Positions 1 to 12,883 of a DNA stretch of 64,000 nucleotides are shown here, piece after piece; positions within the stretch are counted from its first letter, which is position 1; every line of letters begins with the position of its first letter. Source of the DNA: Podarcis liolepis. Lineage: Eukaryota. The translations under genes and the position numbers were made by a program. The notes under the pieces are model-generated. The model saw only the letters and a list, made by a program, of their open reading frames with translations, was not told the origin of the DNA and made no database searches. The stretch is taken from the NCBI GenBank assembly GCA_965112155.1, contig OZ218103.1; one strand, given 5' to 3'.

Positions 1-220
1 TAGGCACTCTGGATAGAGAAAAGTTTGCAATGGTGGGATGGTTGTCAAATTATATAAATATTAGTTGGTTGTATGCATTTTCATTGCTTGATTAAACAAA
101 ATGAATAAATGAACATCTGCATAAAACAATGTTACTAATGCAGGTGTCAGAACCGATACAATCTTTGTAAATATGTAATATTCTATGTTAGAAATTATAT
201 CCTTTTCTATGTGTGAGATA

Positions 221-349
221 NNNNNNNNNNNNNNNNNNNNNNNNNNNNNNNNNNNNNNNNNNNNNNNNNNNNNNNNNNNNNNNNNNNNNNNNNNNNNNNN
301 NNNNNNNNNNNNNNNNNNNNNNNNNNNNNNNNNNNNNNNNNNNNNNNNN
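221..349. other. Assembly gap (run of N)
   Basis: Run of n characters. Confidence 0.99.
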
Positions 350-1015
350 CTGGGAGCTCCTTTCGAACTGAACAAATCTGAACAGGGGTCGGCCACTGTG
401 ACAAGAGGATGTTGGATTAAATGGACCACTGGCCTGATCCAGAGCAAGGCTCTTCTTACGTTTTTATGTTCTTTAATTGATTAATGTAACAGATTAGCAA
501 CATTAGTTGATTAATCTGTTAGATTAATCAGCTAATGTTACCATCCCCATAGAAGGTGGAGCTAAATATAAGATGCATGCTAGCTCTGTATCAACGAAAA
601 GCCAACACAGTCTGTTCTGCCCGGTGTTGTTCCTTCTAGTTAAAGCAGGCATCACAAGCCCAATACCTTCCGGGTGGAGTGCAACTCCTGTTAACTCAGA
701 CCATTGGGCATGCTGGCCGAGGATGACGGGAGTTGGGTCCAAGAACATCTGGAGGGGACCACATTGGTGACTCTTGAGTTCAAGATCAAAACAATGCTGT
801 TGGGCTGGCATGGTCAATAATATTTAATTTACCCTTAGAAACCAAGTTAAATAAATCAACAACAGCTGGTCATTCCAGAACCAGGGATGTGCCGGTGAAA
901 AGCACAGCATCTGCCCGGCTTGATTTACTATAAACGTCCTAGTAGAAACACAAAACAGCTCAGCAATCAGCCTTGGAAGCTATGTCCTTCAATGAACCTT
1001 CTCTTTAAATTCTAG

Positions 1016-1439
1016 TGAGTCGGAAAAGTTTCCTAACCAGGCGCCACTGGCTTCTTTCCAAGAGGAAGCTGACGCCTCTTCCGTGGAATCTGCAGCCAAC
1101 AGTCCGTTTCTACAGAGGAGGGAAAATGTCTCGAAGCCTATGTCTCCAACAGAAAGCCAGCTCAGATTCAAGCTTCCTTCCTATGAAGATTTTGCCCTGA
1201 TCGATTCCCTGACGGCGGAAGGTCAAGGTCAAAACAATGAAAGGATAACGGCACCTAACCAAAGCCGTTGCCCTATTCCTGCCCCCAGAGGAGATGGGGC
1301 ATTGGCTACAGTAGGGCCTGAACGACTGGAACACAGAGCTACGCATAATGTAGAAGAGGATGACATGTACTATGGAATAAAAGAGGGAGCAGGAGACGTC
1401 CCCTCATCGGTCGCTGCTGTCTCTGAACCAAAGGACTAA
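1016..1439 (+). CDS. BSND: Barttin (ClC-K chloride channel beta subunit), last coding exon; upstream exons are outside the window
   Basis: Acceptor ctttaaattctag|T at 1015/1016. Translation ESEKFPNQAPLASFQEE...SYEDFALIDS...VEEDDMYYGIKEGAGD...EPKD* (TAA 1437-1439) matches recalled barttin C-terminal motifs APLASFQ, FQDFALID and EEEDLYYGLPDGAGD. Sits upstream of PCSK9 in the same orientation, as in mammals. Confidence 0.88.
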
Positions 1440-1533
1440 GCATTAAAAATTAGGAATGAGCCCGGGAACATTCTCATGGGAGTCCAAATCCAAAGAGATG
1501 AAAGGTTGGGTGGGGGTGGGGAGTGGCTCAGAC

Positions 1534-1539
1534 AATAAA
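1534..1539 (+). terminator. Candidate BSND poly(A) signal AATAAA (second candidate at 1699-1704)
   Basis: AATAAA hexamers about 95 and 260 nt after the BSND stop; usage not verifiable. Confidence 0.35.
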
Positions 1540-1995
1540 AGGGATGCCCAAGCCATGGTAGATTGGTCCTGCTCTCTGGGGATTTATAGGAAGTGATGGA
1601 GAATATGGGTTAGGACCAAAGCAGAAGAACAAAAGTTTGGCTGTCTGTTGAAGTGTCTTAAGCTGTCCCTCCACTTATGCTCAACCTGTATATTTGTAAA
1701 TAAAGTGAAATATCACCAAATACCATAAGCCCCCTGTGGTTTTCTTCCAAAGGAAATCAAACCTGGGTAGCACTGAACCCCTAAAAGTTCTCACCAGCCA
1801 GAGAGATGATTCAGAAAAACACTATAAAGGAGAAACAGACTCTGTATATGAGAACGGCGCCCCTGCTGAGAACATATATATTGTCCCAAGGGGCAGAGTC
1901 ATGACTTTTCCCAGGGAGTGTGGATCGAGGATCCATGACTCGCCTGAACATCATCTTTTAGCGCTTCTTTGCCATTTATGAAATGATACTCTATT

Positions 1996-2343
1996 GGGAT
2001 GCAGGTGGCACTGTGGTCTAACCACAGAGCCTCTTGGGCTTGCCGATCAGAAGGTCAGCGGTTCAAATCCCTGTTATGGAGTGAGCTCCTGTTGCTCTGT
2101 CCTAGCTCCTGCCAACCTAGCAGTTTGAAAGCACACCAGTGCAAGTAGATAAATAAGTACTGCTGCGGCAGGAAAGTAAACGCCTTTTCCGTGTGCTCTG
2201 GTTTCCGTCACGGTGTTCTGTTGTGCCACATGAAAGCTGTCTGTGGACAGAGATGAGCCTGAAAGCGAGATGAGCGCTGCAACCCCATAGTCGCTTTTGA
2301 CTGGACTTAACCGTCCGGGGGTCCTTTACCTATACCTTTTACC
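1996..2343 (+). mobile_element. Sauria SINE, near full length
   Basis: tRNA-like head gggatgcaggtggcactgtggtctaaccac...ggttcaaatccc, body gctcctgccaacctagcagtttgaaagcac, tail ggggtcctttacctataccttttacc. Confidence 0.85.
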
Positions 2344-3285
2344 TACTAAGGCTGCCATTTTCTAAATGTACAAAACTGGGAGCAAGTCCTACCGAATTTA
2401 GCAAGGTATGCTTTTGAGTGAAAATGCACAGAATTACACTGTAAATGTGTTTTTAGTCTTTTAGAATCCTTTAGCATTCTTGCCCCATCATCCACAGATA
2501 CCTGACTGTATATTGGTGTGATTGTACTTCATGTCCATGGACTGCTTTGCTGAGGACATGTTCGATGGTGGTGGTTCCTGGGGATTGGATGATATATCAA
2601 ACAGTGACACTTTTAACATGAAAAAGAACTGGTCAGAGGTTTACGAAGTGCTTGCGTGTGGGTGCCAAAGCAGCTCAGGGCTCACGCTTCATTAATTGGC
2701 CCGATCACTATGGAGCGGCTGATGTGCAGGAGCAGCAGCAGCCAGACAGAAGGCGGATCGTGTGCCCTCAGCACCTTTGCTTCTGAGGTCCCGCTTTCTG
2801 CTCCGATTCATGCCTTTTGGCCATTGGAGGTCTGCTTGCTGCAGTGGAAAATCCGGTGTGATTTATGTTGCTTTCGGAAGCCTGCCAACTGCTCAGCTTG
2901 TCAGCTTGCTTCTTCCGCATGGGGAGGGAGCCAAGCTCCCAGGCAGCTGTGGGACAGCAGCTCCATGAAACTGACAGCGCGAGGCAACAAAGGGGTTGGT
3001 GTTGGCTCCGTCTTAACTAGGCTATCTGAGTATAAAGCCAGTAGGGCCTGTTTTAGAAGATGCGCTCATGCCTGTTCCTTGGGGGCAGAAAGACACCATT
3101 TGGAATATGGCATCAAGTTCAACAGGACTTACTGCCAAACAACTTGTGCTTAGCATCACAGCTTTGGGAACCACACAAAATATTTTATTCTGAATGGATT
3201 AATGAATCTTAATAATAACCCCTGCACCCTAAGATAGCAGCATTCCCTCCCACATTTCTCTGGTGAAAATAGGGACGCCCTATTC

Positions 3286-3328
<43 letters not shown>
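3286..3328. repeat. (AAT)n microsatellite within a composite interspersed repeat (about 3230-3585)
   Basis: About 14 AAT units. Flanks contain duplicated ccctcc(c/a)acatttc...gtgaaaataggga motifs and an L2-tail-like piece. Confidence 0.85.
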
Positions 3329-3329
<1 letters not shown>

Positions 3330-5689
3330 CCTGCCCATCTGGGCAGCTTCCAACAAATATAAAAACATTAAACATTAAAAGCCTTCAGATATCTTCTAAA
3401 AATTGTAGAGTTACTTATCTCCTTGGCTTGGGGGTCACATAACTCCATACCCTCCAACATTTCCCAAGTGAAAATAGGGATGTCCTAAGGAAATGTGGGA
3501 CATTCTGGAATCAAATCAGAAGCTGTGATGGCTTCTGCAAATCTGAGACTATCCCTAGAAAAAAGAGGCACTTAGAGGGTCTGTAGAAGTTTATAGGACC
3601 ATATACACTGCAGGCACTGCAGAGAAACCACAACCATTAGGAAAACATATTTTCTTCAGGGACTGAAGGGTGCTGCAAATCTCAGGAGTCTTCATGCATG
3701 TCTTGGCTTCTCAAATAAGCTTTCAAGTGACCTGGAAGCTGAGTATTTTTAATGTTTCAATTCCGCAATGGAACAAGACGCTACTTGTTTGTAAGTAGAC
3801 TGCAGTCCAATGCTCCTGGTAACTAACAGCAGAAGAGTTCCACACAGTTTAAATATCCCATCAGAAGCTGGTTTAAGACGTGACCTGGAAGAGGTTGGTT
3901 GTCTCGAGCCTCAATTTTTACGAAACACTTGACAATGCCAGAAGCAGTCTCGTGTTGCGACCCCCTGGCTCTGTAACTTGCTCCATTTCCCATTTGTGCT
4001 TCTGATACATCACTTCCCCACCCCTGACAGCTGCAGGAAATAACGTGGACTGAAGACAGATTGTGAAAATGATGGCGTAATGATGTCAGAAGTGACCTCA
4101 ATGGCTGTGGGTGGTTTTGTTGCTCGTTCCCTTCTGTCCCGCCAGCTTTAGTACTTTGCTAAAGCATTGTGTACTTGGCATAAGCTGCCCTGACAGTGGT
4201 AATCCTACTCGTGTACTGTGTCAACAGCCGTTTAAAATGCGTTGTTTGCACTAAATAGAAAAGCCCAGTTCGTGACCCTGAGGTGTCCTTCGTAGCTTCA
4301 CTTGACGTTTGTAGAGGCTGCAGCCCCAGATCCAGTTACTAAGGTACATCCCGTATTCATGAATATTCCATGTGTCCTCGAGTAGATAATTGGAACCATC
4401 TTGTTCTGTTCTGCGGGTTCCCCTTCGCTTCTTTTTTTTCTATTCCCACAAGTCTTGTGAGCGGTGACCCCACCACCAACATCCCTGCCAACCTCCTTGA
4501 CTGGGACAGTTATTTATGACTCTTCCATCTTGGCTCTCGTAGCTATTTTGTGCCCACGCGTTGTGTCAATATGTGTTGTGTGTGCCGCATGTGGTGTGCC
4601 TATATGTATCCCATATCAGCTCTGACTACACCCACTTTCATTTTCACCACACCCACTATTCCATTTCCTTGTTCCTCTGGCATGTGGCCCCCCAGAAGGC
4701 TGGATTTGAAGGAAGGTGGCACCTGGCCTGAAAAAATGTTCCCCGCTCCTGGCTTAGCCCATCAAAATAGCTTTTGAGGGGTGTCAAACGGAACCATCCT
4801 CTTCTGGAGCACTGTCAGGCTGGATAGAACAAAACGGAAAGCACCCTCTTGCAATTTCCAGCAAGAACTCTTGATCTGTGTATTTTCCTAGCCTTGCTGG
4901 GTGGGAGAAAGAAGTCTGCAGTAGGCATGGATTTTTTAAGGGGGTAGAGAGATTGGGGGCTTTGCAAGGTGCAATGCCACCTTCTCATCAGCTTGCCAAA
5001 ATAGATAGTCTGGTGGTCCAGTTTCATAGTGCTGCCCTTTTCCGTCTTCCTTGTGCCCTGGTTCCCTCTTATATTCCATTGCATGCATCTCTTTCAAAGC
5101 TAGACTATAAATTTAGCAGGTATCTTTGTACTTTGCTCATTGTCTACCACAAGAAAGCACGCCGCCTTCCCTGCAGATGTTTGGCCCTCTGATCACGTAC
5201 ACAGAAATAAGCAGCCAAAGGTGAAAACAATGTCAGGGAGTTGAGGAGGATTGTTTATACAATTATAAGAAACACTTGTTGGGTGTCACAGCAAGAAAAC
5301 AAAAGAAAAGAAGAAAAGCACATGTTTCCTAAACATTGTTTTCAGAAGTGAAAGCAGCACACAAAAGAAAAATGGACCCCCCTCCTTGTTTAGACCTGAC
5401 TCATGTCCCTGCTCCCAGCTCCCTGACTCCCCAAGGCAGGCCTTCCAAGTCCTGAGAGGTTTGCTTGCTCTCACCCCACTCTAGGACGTGATGTGCTGGC
5501 CAAGCTAGATGGAGTTTGCTGCTGTTGGGTAGCTGAATTATGCTAAACAAACAGCAACGGCAGGACTGTGGGATTGGGATCACAGCATGGTTGTAGGGTT
5601 TAAAAAACTGCCTGCCCCTGTCGCTGTTCAATTTGGTATAACCTGCCCCCCTTCACACACATGGAGAAATTCGCTCCAGTTCACTGTTA

Positions 5690-6070
5690 AAGGTGAACTT
5701 GAAAGCTTTGCATTTTCCAAAACAATATGCAAACTGAAACACTGCTCTCCTTTGAAATGTGAGCTTCTCCGCAGTTTGCAATGCAACGCTCCAGGCAATT
5801 AATGTGTACAAAAATGCATATACTATGGTAAGGCGTGCATATAAATGTGTATATAAGGGAAAGTAACATAAGAATGTGCATTATTTTAGGGGAAATTGCT
5901 TTGCAAAAATGCATACATTAGGCAACATTGCACATAAAAACGTGCAGGAGAAATTTCCAGAGAACTGCTGACAATTTAAAAATAAATACATCACAAGATG
6001 ACGTAGCAATGTGGAGAACTGAATTTAAGATTGGAAAAATGAGAAACAGAGAGAAACTGAAAAGGGCATA
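5690..6070. repeat. Unclassified AT-rich interspersed repeat; related copy at about 13745-14090
   Basis: Shared blocks gcaatgtggagaa(c/t)t(g/a)aatttaag..aaatgagaaac and ttag(g)g(g/a)gaaat in both copies. Confidence 0.55.
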
Positions 6071-7292
6071 TTCACTCCTGCAGAAGGGTGACTGAGCACT
6101 TTCATTCACGTTAGTGACCTAAGCCCAATTCTTCTGATATGTGCCTGGATCCCTCCTACAAAATACTGACAGTCTGGGCCCCCCTAAGATGCCAACAGCC
6201 ACAATTTTCATCACAGAGACATAAAACCACCAGTGTTATTGCAGTGCATTCATCCCAACAGCCACAGTGGTGTTGCAGCCATTGTTTACATCAACCTGTA
6301 AAAAACATATTTTCATTGGATTCCTTGTCTTAACAATTAAGGTACAACTAATCTGTGCTAAGTGAACATGGACTCTGGCTTAAGAATGCAAGAAGTGCCT
6401 TGCCAAGTCAGTTGTGTCTCCATCTAGTCCTTAATTCTTTGCAAAATCACAGTGTCAAGCCAGTGTGAGAAGGTCCACTAGAGACTGGCCAGTAGTCCTC
6501 TCCTGGACCTGATTTAGGCCACTTGTGAGATGAGATCAGTGTGACGGTTTTATTGTTACTGAAAAGCAGGATTCAGCCTCCTGGACCATTGGGACAGCAC
6601 TGTCCTGTTATATAGAGTGATAATTCCTGTTAAGTCTTCTGTGTCCTGCTGCTTTTGGCTGCATAGCTCAAACCTGGAATTATCACTTTTGGCAGGGGTT
6701 AAATATGGCAGGGAAGGAGACATTCCTGCATGAAATTAAAACATGCAAACAGAAATCCCTGAGCTTTTGGCTGCCTAATTGTAGAAAAGTCTGAGGCAAC
6801 ACCCAGAGCCCTGGTAAATAACCTTGACATAGGGCATGGGAGGCAATAGACTTTGCAGCATTACCAGACATAACTCACCTGTGAGAAAATTAAAACCAGG
6901 TGCTGAGCTTTTCAGGCACTGCAGGCTATTCCCTGTGGAATAGGCATGAGGCACTTGGCTGGGGGTTGTATATAACCTACTAAGAAGCTCCAGTTTTGCT
7001 CTGGTGATCCTGTCTTCCCAAGAACATAAGCGGTGCAGTGAAAATGGAGGACTTGCGGGAAATGTGCACCTAATATCTGGAGGTAATGTTAGGTAATCTA
7101 TTCCAATCCTTTGCATTGAGGTAGAATCCATTTGCAAAGAGGCACCTTAATAGTTAGTGTTTGATTTATTTACTTAAAATGTTTTCTATGTTGCCTCACA
7201 ATAAAATGATACCAAGACTGTGTACAACCCCCTGCCACCCAATTCAGTGTACAATCAAAACAATCCAGAAAACAAACACAACCCAAAAGTTC

Positions 7293-7503
7293 TAGATTCA
7301 GGTAGGTAGCCATGTTGGTCTGACGCGGTAGAAATATATAAAAATAAAAATAAATAAATTGTCCAGTAGCACCTTAGAGACCAACTAAGTTTGTTTTTGG
7401 TATGAGCTTTCATGTGCATGCACACTTCTTCAGATACACTGAAACAGAAGTCACCACACCTATATATAGATAGTGAGAGGGTGGGGAGGGGTATTACTCA
7501 GAA
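7293..7503. mobile_element. Penelope-like retroelement terminal fragment
   Basis: gtagccatgttggtctg...gtagcaccttagagaccaac...gagctttc...cacttcttcagata pattern typical of reptile Penelope ends. Confidence 0.6.
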
Positions 7504-7984
7504 GGGAGCTTTTATCTTTGCTGTGCTATTCTACTCCTTGTTTTGGTTCCATTTAGCTGCTTATATTAAGCAGAGAGACTGTGTAATGGAGGTTAAGATG
7601 CTGGACTTGTATGAGGGAGAGTGGGGTTGTAAATTCCCGCAGAACCATGAAGCTGGCTGGCTAACTGCCGCCCAGCCACAGACTCTCAGCCTAACCTACT
7701 ATTAAATGGAGCAGCCCCTGGGCTTATGGAGGGCGGGCTGTAAGTATGAGAAATAAATACGAAGAGTACAAAAGCTCCTCCTAATAGTGGGTTGTTCTTG
7801 CCTGTACCCAGGGATAGAAGCAGGCACATCTGAGAGTATATGGTTATTTACACAAATAATTTGTGTTCCATCTTTCTCAGTGGGATCCAACACACAGAAC
7901 TCCAGAACTGGGAATCTTGTAGCAGCCTGCCCTCTGCTGACTACATTTGTACACACACCACTCTGGATACTTTATAATGCAGTA

Positions 7985-8209
7985 CAATCATGCCTTGGTT
8001 CCCAAACGGCTTGGCTCCTGAACGCCACAAACACGGAAGTAAGTGTTCCAGTTTGCGAATGTTTTTTTTGAAGCCAAACGTCTGTTTCAGCTGTCGGCAT
8101 TGTTTCCATTGCCAATCAGCCAATCAGAAACTGTGCCTTGGTTTGCGAACATTTTGGAAGTCGAACGGACTTCCAGAACGGATTGAGTTCAGGAAGCAAG
8201 GTACCACTA
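7985..8209. mobile_element. Degenerate Tc1/mariner (Tigger-like) MITE
   Basis: Ends caatcatgccttgg / caaggtaccacta. Internal sequence is shared with the 37884-38120 copy (ggaagt.agtgttccagtttgcgaa, ttttggaagt.gaac). Confidence 0.6.
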
Positions 8210-8222
8210 TACTACACAGTTG

Positions 8223-8508
8223 TAGGGTTGCCATACGTCTGGAATTTCCCAGATATCGCTGGGTTTTGGCCGTCAAAAACTATGTCTGGGTGGAAATCAC
8301 TTAAAATGTCGGGGGAAATCCAGACATATAGTGTGGATTTTGGCAAACATCCTTAAAAATAGCTCAAGAATTAACTCCCCCCCCCTGATATTTCACAAAA
8401 AAACTCAACATTTTGGGCAAAACTAAAAAAACACAACACAACTCAACAATTTGGTCAAAAAGAAAAAAAACCTCAACAAATTTGCCATTTTGAAATATGG
8501 CAACCCTA
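8223..8508. mobile_element. Non-autonomous hAT (Blackjack-type) DNA transposon
   Basis: TIRs TAGGGTTGCCATA / TATGGCAACCCTA; 8-bp TSD cacagttg / cacagtag (7/8). Confidence 0.85.
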
Positions 8509-8542
8509 CACAGTAGGTTCTCTTAGCTTTTAATTTGTGTTA

Positions 8543-8791
8543 GCATCTTAAAAAGTAGAGACATCACCTTGCCCACAAAGGTCCGTATAGTAAAAGCTAT
8601 GGTTTTCCCAGTAGTGATGTATGGAAGTGAGAGCTGGACCATAAAGAAGGCTGATCGACGAAGAATTGATGCTTTTGAATTATGGTGCTGGAAGAGACTC
8701 TTGAGAGTCCCATGGACTGCAAGAAGATCAAACCTATCCATTCTTAAGGAAATCAGCCCTGAGTGCTCACTGAAAGGACAGATCCTGAAGC
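8543..8791 (+). mobile_element. BovB (RTE clade) LINE fragment, C-terminal ORF region
   Basis: Translation TKVRIVKAMVFPVVMYGSESWTIKKADRRRIDAFELWCWKRLLRVPWTARRSNLSILKEISPECSL is the characteristic BovB peptide. Confidence 0.92.
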
Positions 8792-9833
8792 CCCGCATAG
8801 GCAGTAGATAAGTAGGACTAGAATTGTTCTTAGGTAGTAGAATGGAGAGCTTGATGGCAGAAGTGGAAAAGACAATGAGCTGGGGGGATCTGGACGCTCA
8901 TATCGGGCCCTGCCAGAAGTCCTTAGGATTGTGCATTCAGGATAATTTGCACTCAGGATGCCATATTCAGCCCTGCTATCAATATTGTCTAACTGCTTTG
9001 TGCTTGCAGGTTTTGGGGTGGATGTACTGCTTTGTTTCTGATCAGTGCATGTCCTGTTCTTCCTGCTGAAATTTCTTCTCTCTCTCTCTGGTTTTTCTTG
9101 TGCTGTGGGGCAATTGCCCCTCCAGATGGCAATAGTGCGGTAACATTGTGGAAGCATTGCAGAACTAAAAAAGCAGAATGGTGTGTAAATGGTGATAGTC
9201 CCATATAAATGCATGCACCTTGTCAATAGCACATGGCAGAAGACAACCACAAACACACCAGTCTGCAGTGGTCCTCAGATGAAGGAGAAACTCTAATTTC
9301 TGGTCCTTCAAAAAATAACAATATTTATTGGAGCCTGAAGTCACTTTTGGGAGAACACACTTCTCCATTACCTCAGTTGCAGCTTTTACAGAACCCCCCC
9401 CCTTTGTTGTTGTTTTTCTGGAAGCTTGTCACACATATTCATTATCTCATTGTTTGTTGTCATTTCCCGCCAGTGAGGAAGGGGCTTTTCCTGTTCAATT
9501 CGTCTTTTCTGTGTGCCCATTTTATAAAGACCCTGGTGGGAAAAATCCTGGATCTGGGATTGAGAGCAGGATGCAACAATTCTCTTCCAGAGGCTGTCAG
9601 AAGGCATTGTAAGAGGGCACAAGGGGCAAATGCCCCCCAGTTGCCCCCCAAAAGTTCAGAATTTGTAGATGACCCTGTGGGAGCAATATGGACCTGGTCC
9701 CAAATATCAGTGTTCTGTATAGGTGTATCTGGATGACAGGCTGAGACAGAGATTGGTATATTGGTATTATGGCACTTGCTTTTCTGATTTTCCGATTCTA
9801 TCAGTTTGTGCATGTTTATAGATGTCTGTTTGT

Positions 9834-9878
9834 ATACATACATACATACATACATACATACATACATACATACATACA
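9834..9878. repeat. (TACA)n microsatellite
   Basis: About 11 tandem ATAC units. Confidence 0.95.
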
Positions 9879-12490
9879 GTTATATAGCTGGTTAGCTACA
9901 ACTGATGCTCATTTTTGGGTAACTATTACAGTGCTTCCAGATTGGCTGTTTATTTGCACAAAATGTGATTGTTACCCTGCACTTTCTAGTGCAATTTTCC
10001 ATCCCTTTTTTAACTGCAAAAAAACCTGATAAGAAAAGTTATGGAAAACTACATTGCAAAGTGTGAGATAGCAACCACTAGGTTCCACATGAGGAATGCT
10101 TGAGAAGCAGAAGACATCAAATAAACTCCATGCAAGTTGCGGATGTTAGCGGCAGGAATGCTCAGTAATCAGCCCGCCTGGGAACTCCCTCTCTCACTGA
10201 TAAGAGTCTTGCCCTGCTTTCTATATTTTTGGTGAGCTGTCTGCCTGCCTTTTCGTCTTTCTATCAAAGCTTTGCTTGGGTGCCAAAGCAATCAGGAGCT
10301 TCTTTTTGAAAGCAAGCACAGCCAAGTTTTTAAACACTGCAAAATCACTCTTGAGGAGAGAGCATTTGTGATGTCATGAGACAGCTGCCAATCAATACTG
10401 GAGAGGATTAGGTACACATGACAATGATGTGATGAGTGTGCTTCCAGAACACAGCGATGACTCTTTCTGTGTCTGTGCATCCCAACTCTACTACTAAAGT
10501 CTCTCCTATACAACTATTGAGCCCTGTTTCTTTCCCTATCCTTCACTACCCTTTCATGCTTTGATTCCCAAACGAATGGTTGGCTTATGTCCTAAATACC
10601 TGCTTTGCGCATCAGGTCTCTGGATCTTTCCTTACATTCCCATAAGCAAGCAAGCTTTGAACCAAGAAAAGTCCTACCACAAGAAATGGTTTGGTGCTGC
10701 AAGGTTCTTTGGGCTCAGCTTCATTAGTAAAGAAAAAGGCGTTCTATATGTGTTATAACTCTGTGACACCAGATGGCACTGTGGAGTCCCATCATTCTCC
10801 AACGTGATTTCCCATAATAAAGCTTACAACGCATTTTCCTGAAAGGCTTTTTTTGATGTGTCCAGCCCCAGTTGCTTTTGACCATCCCAAGTGGAATTTG
10901 TCCCTCTGGAAGATATTAATTTAGCCTTCTGATATAGAATACTCATGCATCTGAAAAAGGAGACTCTTGCTGCTGCAAGATGTATTAATTGGATTATTCC
11001 ACAGGGCTCCTAATTTGCTTTTTCCCAATATAGTCTTAACATTGGCTACCCTTTTGGAACAGGCCCACTTTGCCTGTTCTGCCCTGGATCTCAGCCCACC
11101 AGGTTACAAACATGCTGATCGCTTTTACTCCATGTATCCTGTGAAGTAAATTAAATCAATTTATATTAGAATCCAGGAATATTCTAATATGACAGGAGCA
11201 ATTGGAATTCGTCTTTTGGATAAATGAAAGCAGGTCACTGAATTCATCTCTTTCCAGATCTGTTGGCTTTCCTCTTATTTTGGCACAAGGAGCCTTTGCT
11301 GTTTGGTGCCCAGCAGAAGATTTCTTCCTGCTCATGAACAAAGATGAAAAGATCTAGCCTATTAACTCTTCTTGCTCCACCAAGAAGTTCCTGATGTGAA
11401 GCCTCACACACAGGCTAAGCAGGCCCCCTTTGTGCAGGGGCTCCCAGCTCCTTGTGGTCCCAAGATCCCATTTTCTGCTGTCTGGGAGGCCTTATGGCCA
11501 GCTCTCCACAGTGAAAAACTGGAACAACTCATATGTGTTTCAGGATCCAGCCAACTGCCGGCTTTCTTGGCTTGCCAGTTTGCCTCATAGAGAAGGAGCC
11601 AATCTTTCAGGGAGGCATCAAGCCAAGAGCAGCGACTGTGTGAAATTGACCGCGAGAGGCACAGAGATTCTCCCTTCCTCCTCCTTTCATTATGTAACAC
11701 GATTTCAAATGTAACATGGGATGGGTTCAAATTTCCATTTTGTGTGTGTGTGCATTTTAAGCTAATCGGATAAATTTAAATCGCCCTGTTCAGAATTCTG
11801 TAGAGCAGGAATGCATGTTATTTGCTGGTATTCATTCACTGAAAAGGAGCCCTTTGTTGTTGCTGTCCGAAAGATGCAACATAAGCATCTTCACTAGCTA
11901 TCCAAAACATTCTTGTAAAGAGCCCAGACATTACTTAGAAGCTCGAGGACAAAGGTGAAAGACCTTCCCAGGTGGTCATAAGTCAGGTACAGCCATTGCA
12001 GGGGAGACACACACTTTTCCTGGAGGAATATTCCTTCCCCAGAAACAAATTAAGGTGTCTTATTTCTGCCCCCTTCCATTCCACAGGTGTGAGAGCCAGA
12101 TGGACTTTGATTGTAGGCAGTCCAGGAGAGGCACTTGCCTGAGTCCCTGGAAGCTGAGGTGCCTAAGAAGATGCCAAGGATTGAGCCCTAGTTCATTCAG
12201 TCTAGAGGATTGTGGGTTCACAGAACTGTAAGATTCTGATTGGATAGTACCATGTGGCATGACTTGCGACAAGAGGCGCATTTGTGCGCCTCTGAGCCCA
12301 TGCCAGTTCACACAATTCACAAACACTTTATTGTACTTCTAAAAAAAATCAAAGATTAAACAACTTAATAAAATTATTCATCTCTCCCAGGCATGGAGAA
12401 CCTCAGGACTGTGATCTGAATGTGACCCTCAGGCCTTTCCCAAGGCAAAAATGCCACCCCCCAGTGACAACACTGCCCCTCTTTTCTACC

Positions 12491-12883
12491 CAGGGCCGGA
12501 TTTAGGTCTGATGAGGCCCTAAGCTACTGAAGGTAATGGGGCCCTTTATATGTCCAGCTGTCCTTTGTCAACAACAAATTGCCGCTGTTTTTCGTGTTCA
12601 ATATATGCTCTACAGTTTGGTAATTTATGGACCTAATGGGTATCGAAAGCCATTTGCACATAACAAAATATGTATTTTATCAAAGCAGGCGGGGCCCCTG
12701 ACTTACATCACAGGAGCCTACACAACACAAAACACTGTTGCTGTATGTAGGTTTTATTTTATTTGTTTTTTATCTTATATTTTGGAAATGTACATCCAGT
12801 TCTTTTTAATTTTTTTGGGGGGCCCCCAAGAGAGTGGGGCCCTAAGCTATAGCTTGTTTAGCTTATACGTAAATCCGGCACTG
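12491..12883. mobile_element. Non-autonomous hAT (Tip100-like) DNA transposon
   Basis: TIRs CAGGGCCGGATTTA / TAAATCCGGCACTG; 8-bp TSD tttctacc / cttctacc; subterminal ggccctaagcta repeats. Confidence 0.85.

Noticed and set aside
61-484. ORFs spanning the N run
   Set aside because: Artefacts of translating an assembly gap
1445-1830. Possible solo LTR in the BSND 3' UTR (also about 51240-51720)
   Set aside because: Could not identify TG...CA ends or target-site duplications; needs a repeat-library search
1996-2090. tRNA-like A/B boxes here and at about 60770-60850 and 50050
   Set aside because: SINE heads, not cloverleaf tRNA genes
2656-3153. 165-aa + strand ORF
   Set aside because: GTG start, no recognisable domain, no splice context; compatible with chance
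3156-3368. Poly-Leu ORF resembling a signal peptide
   Set aside because: Translation of the (AAT)n microsatellite
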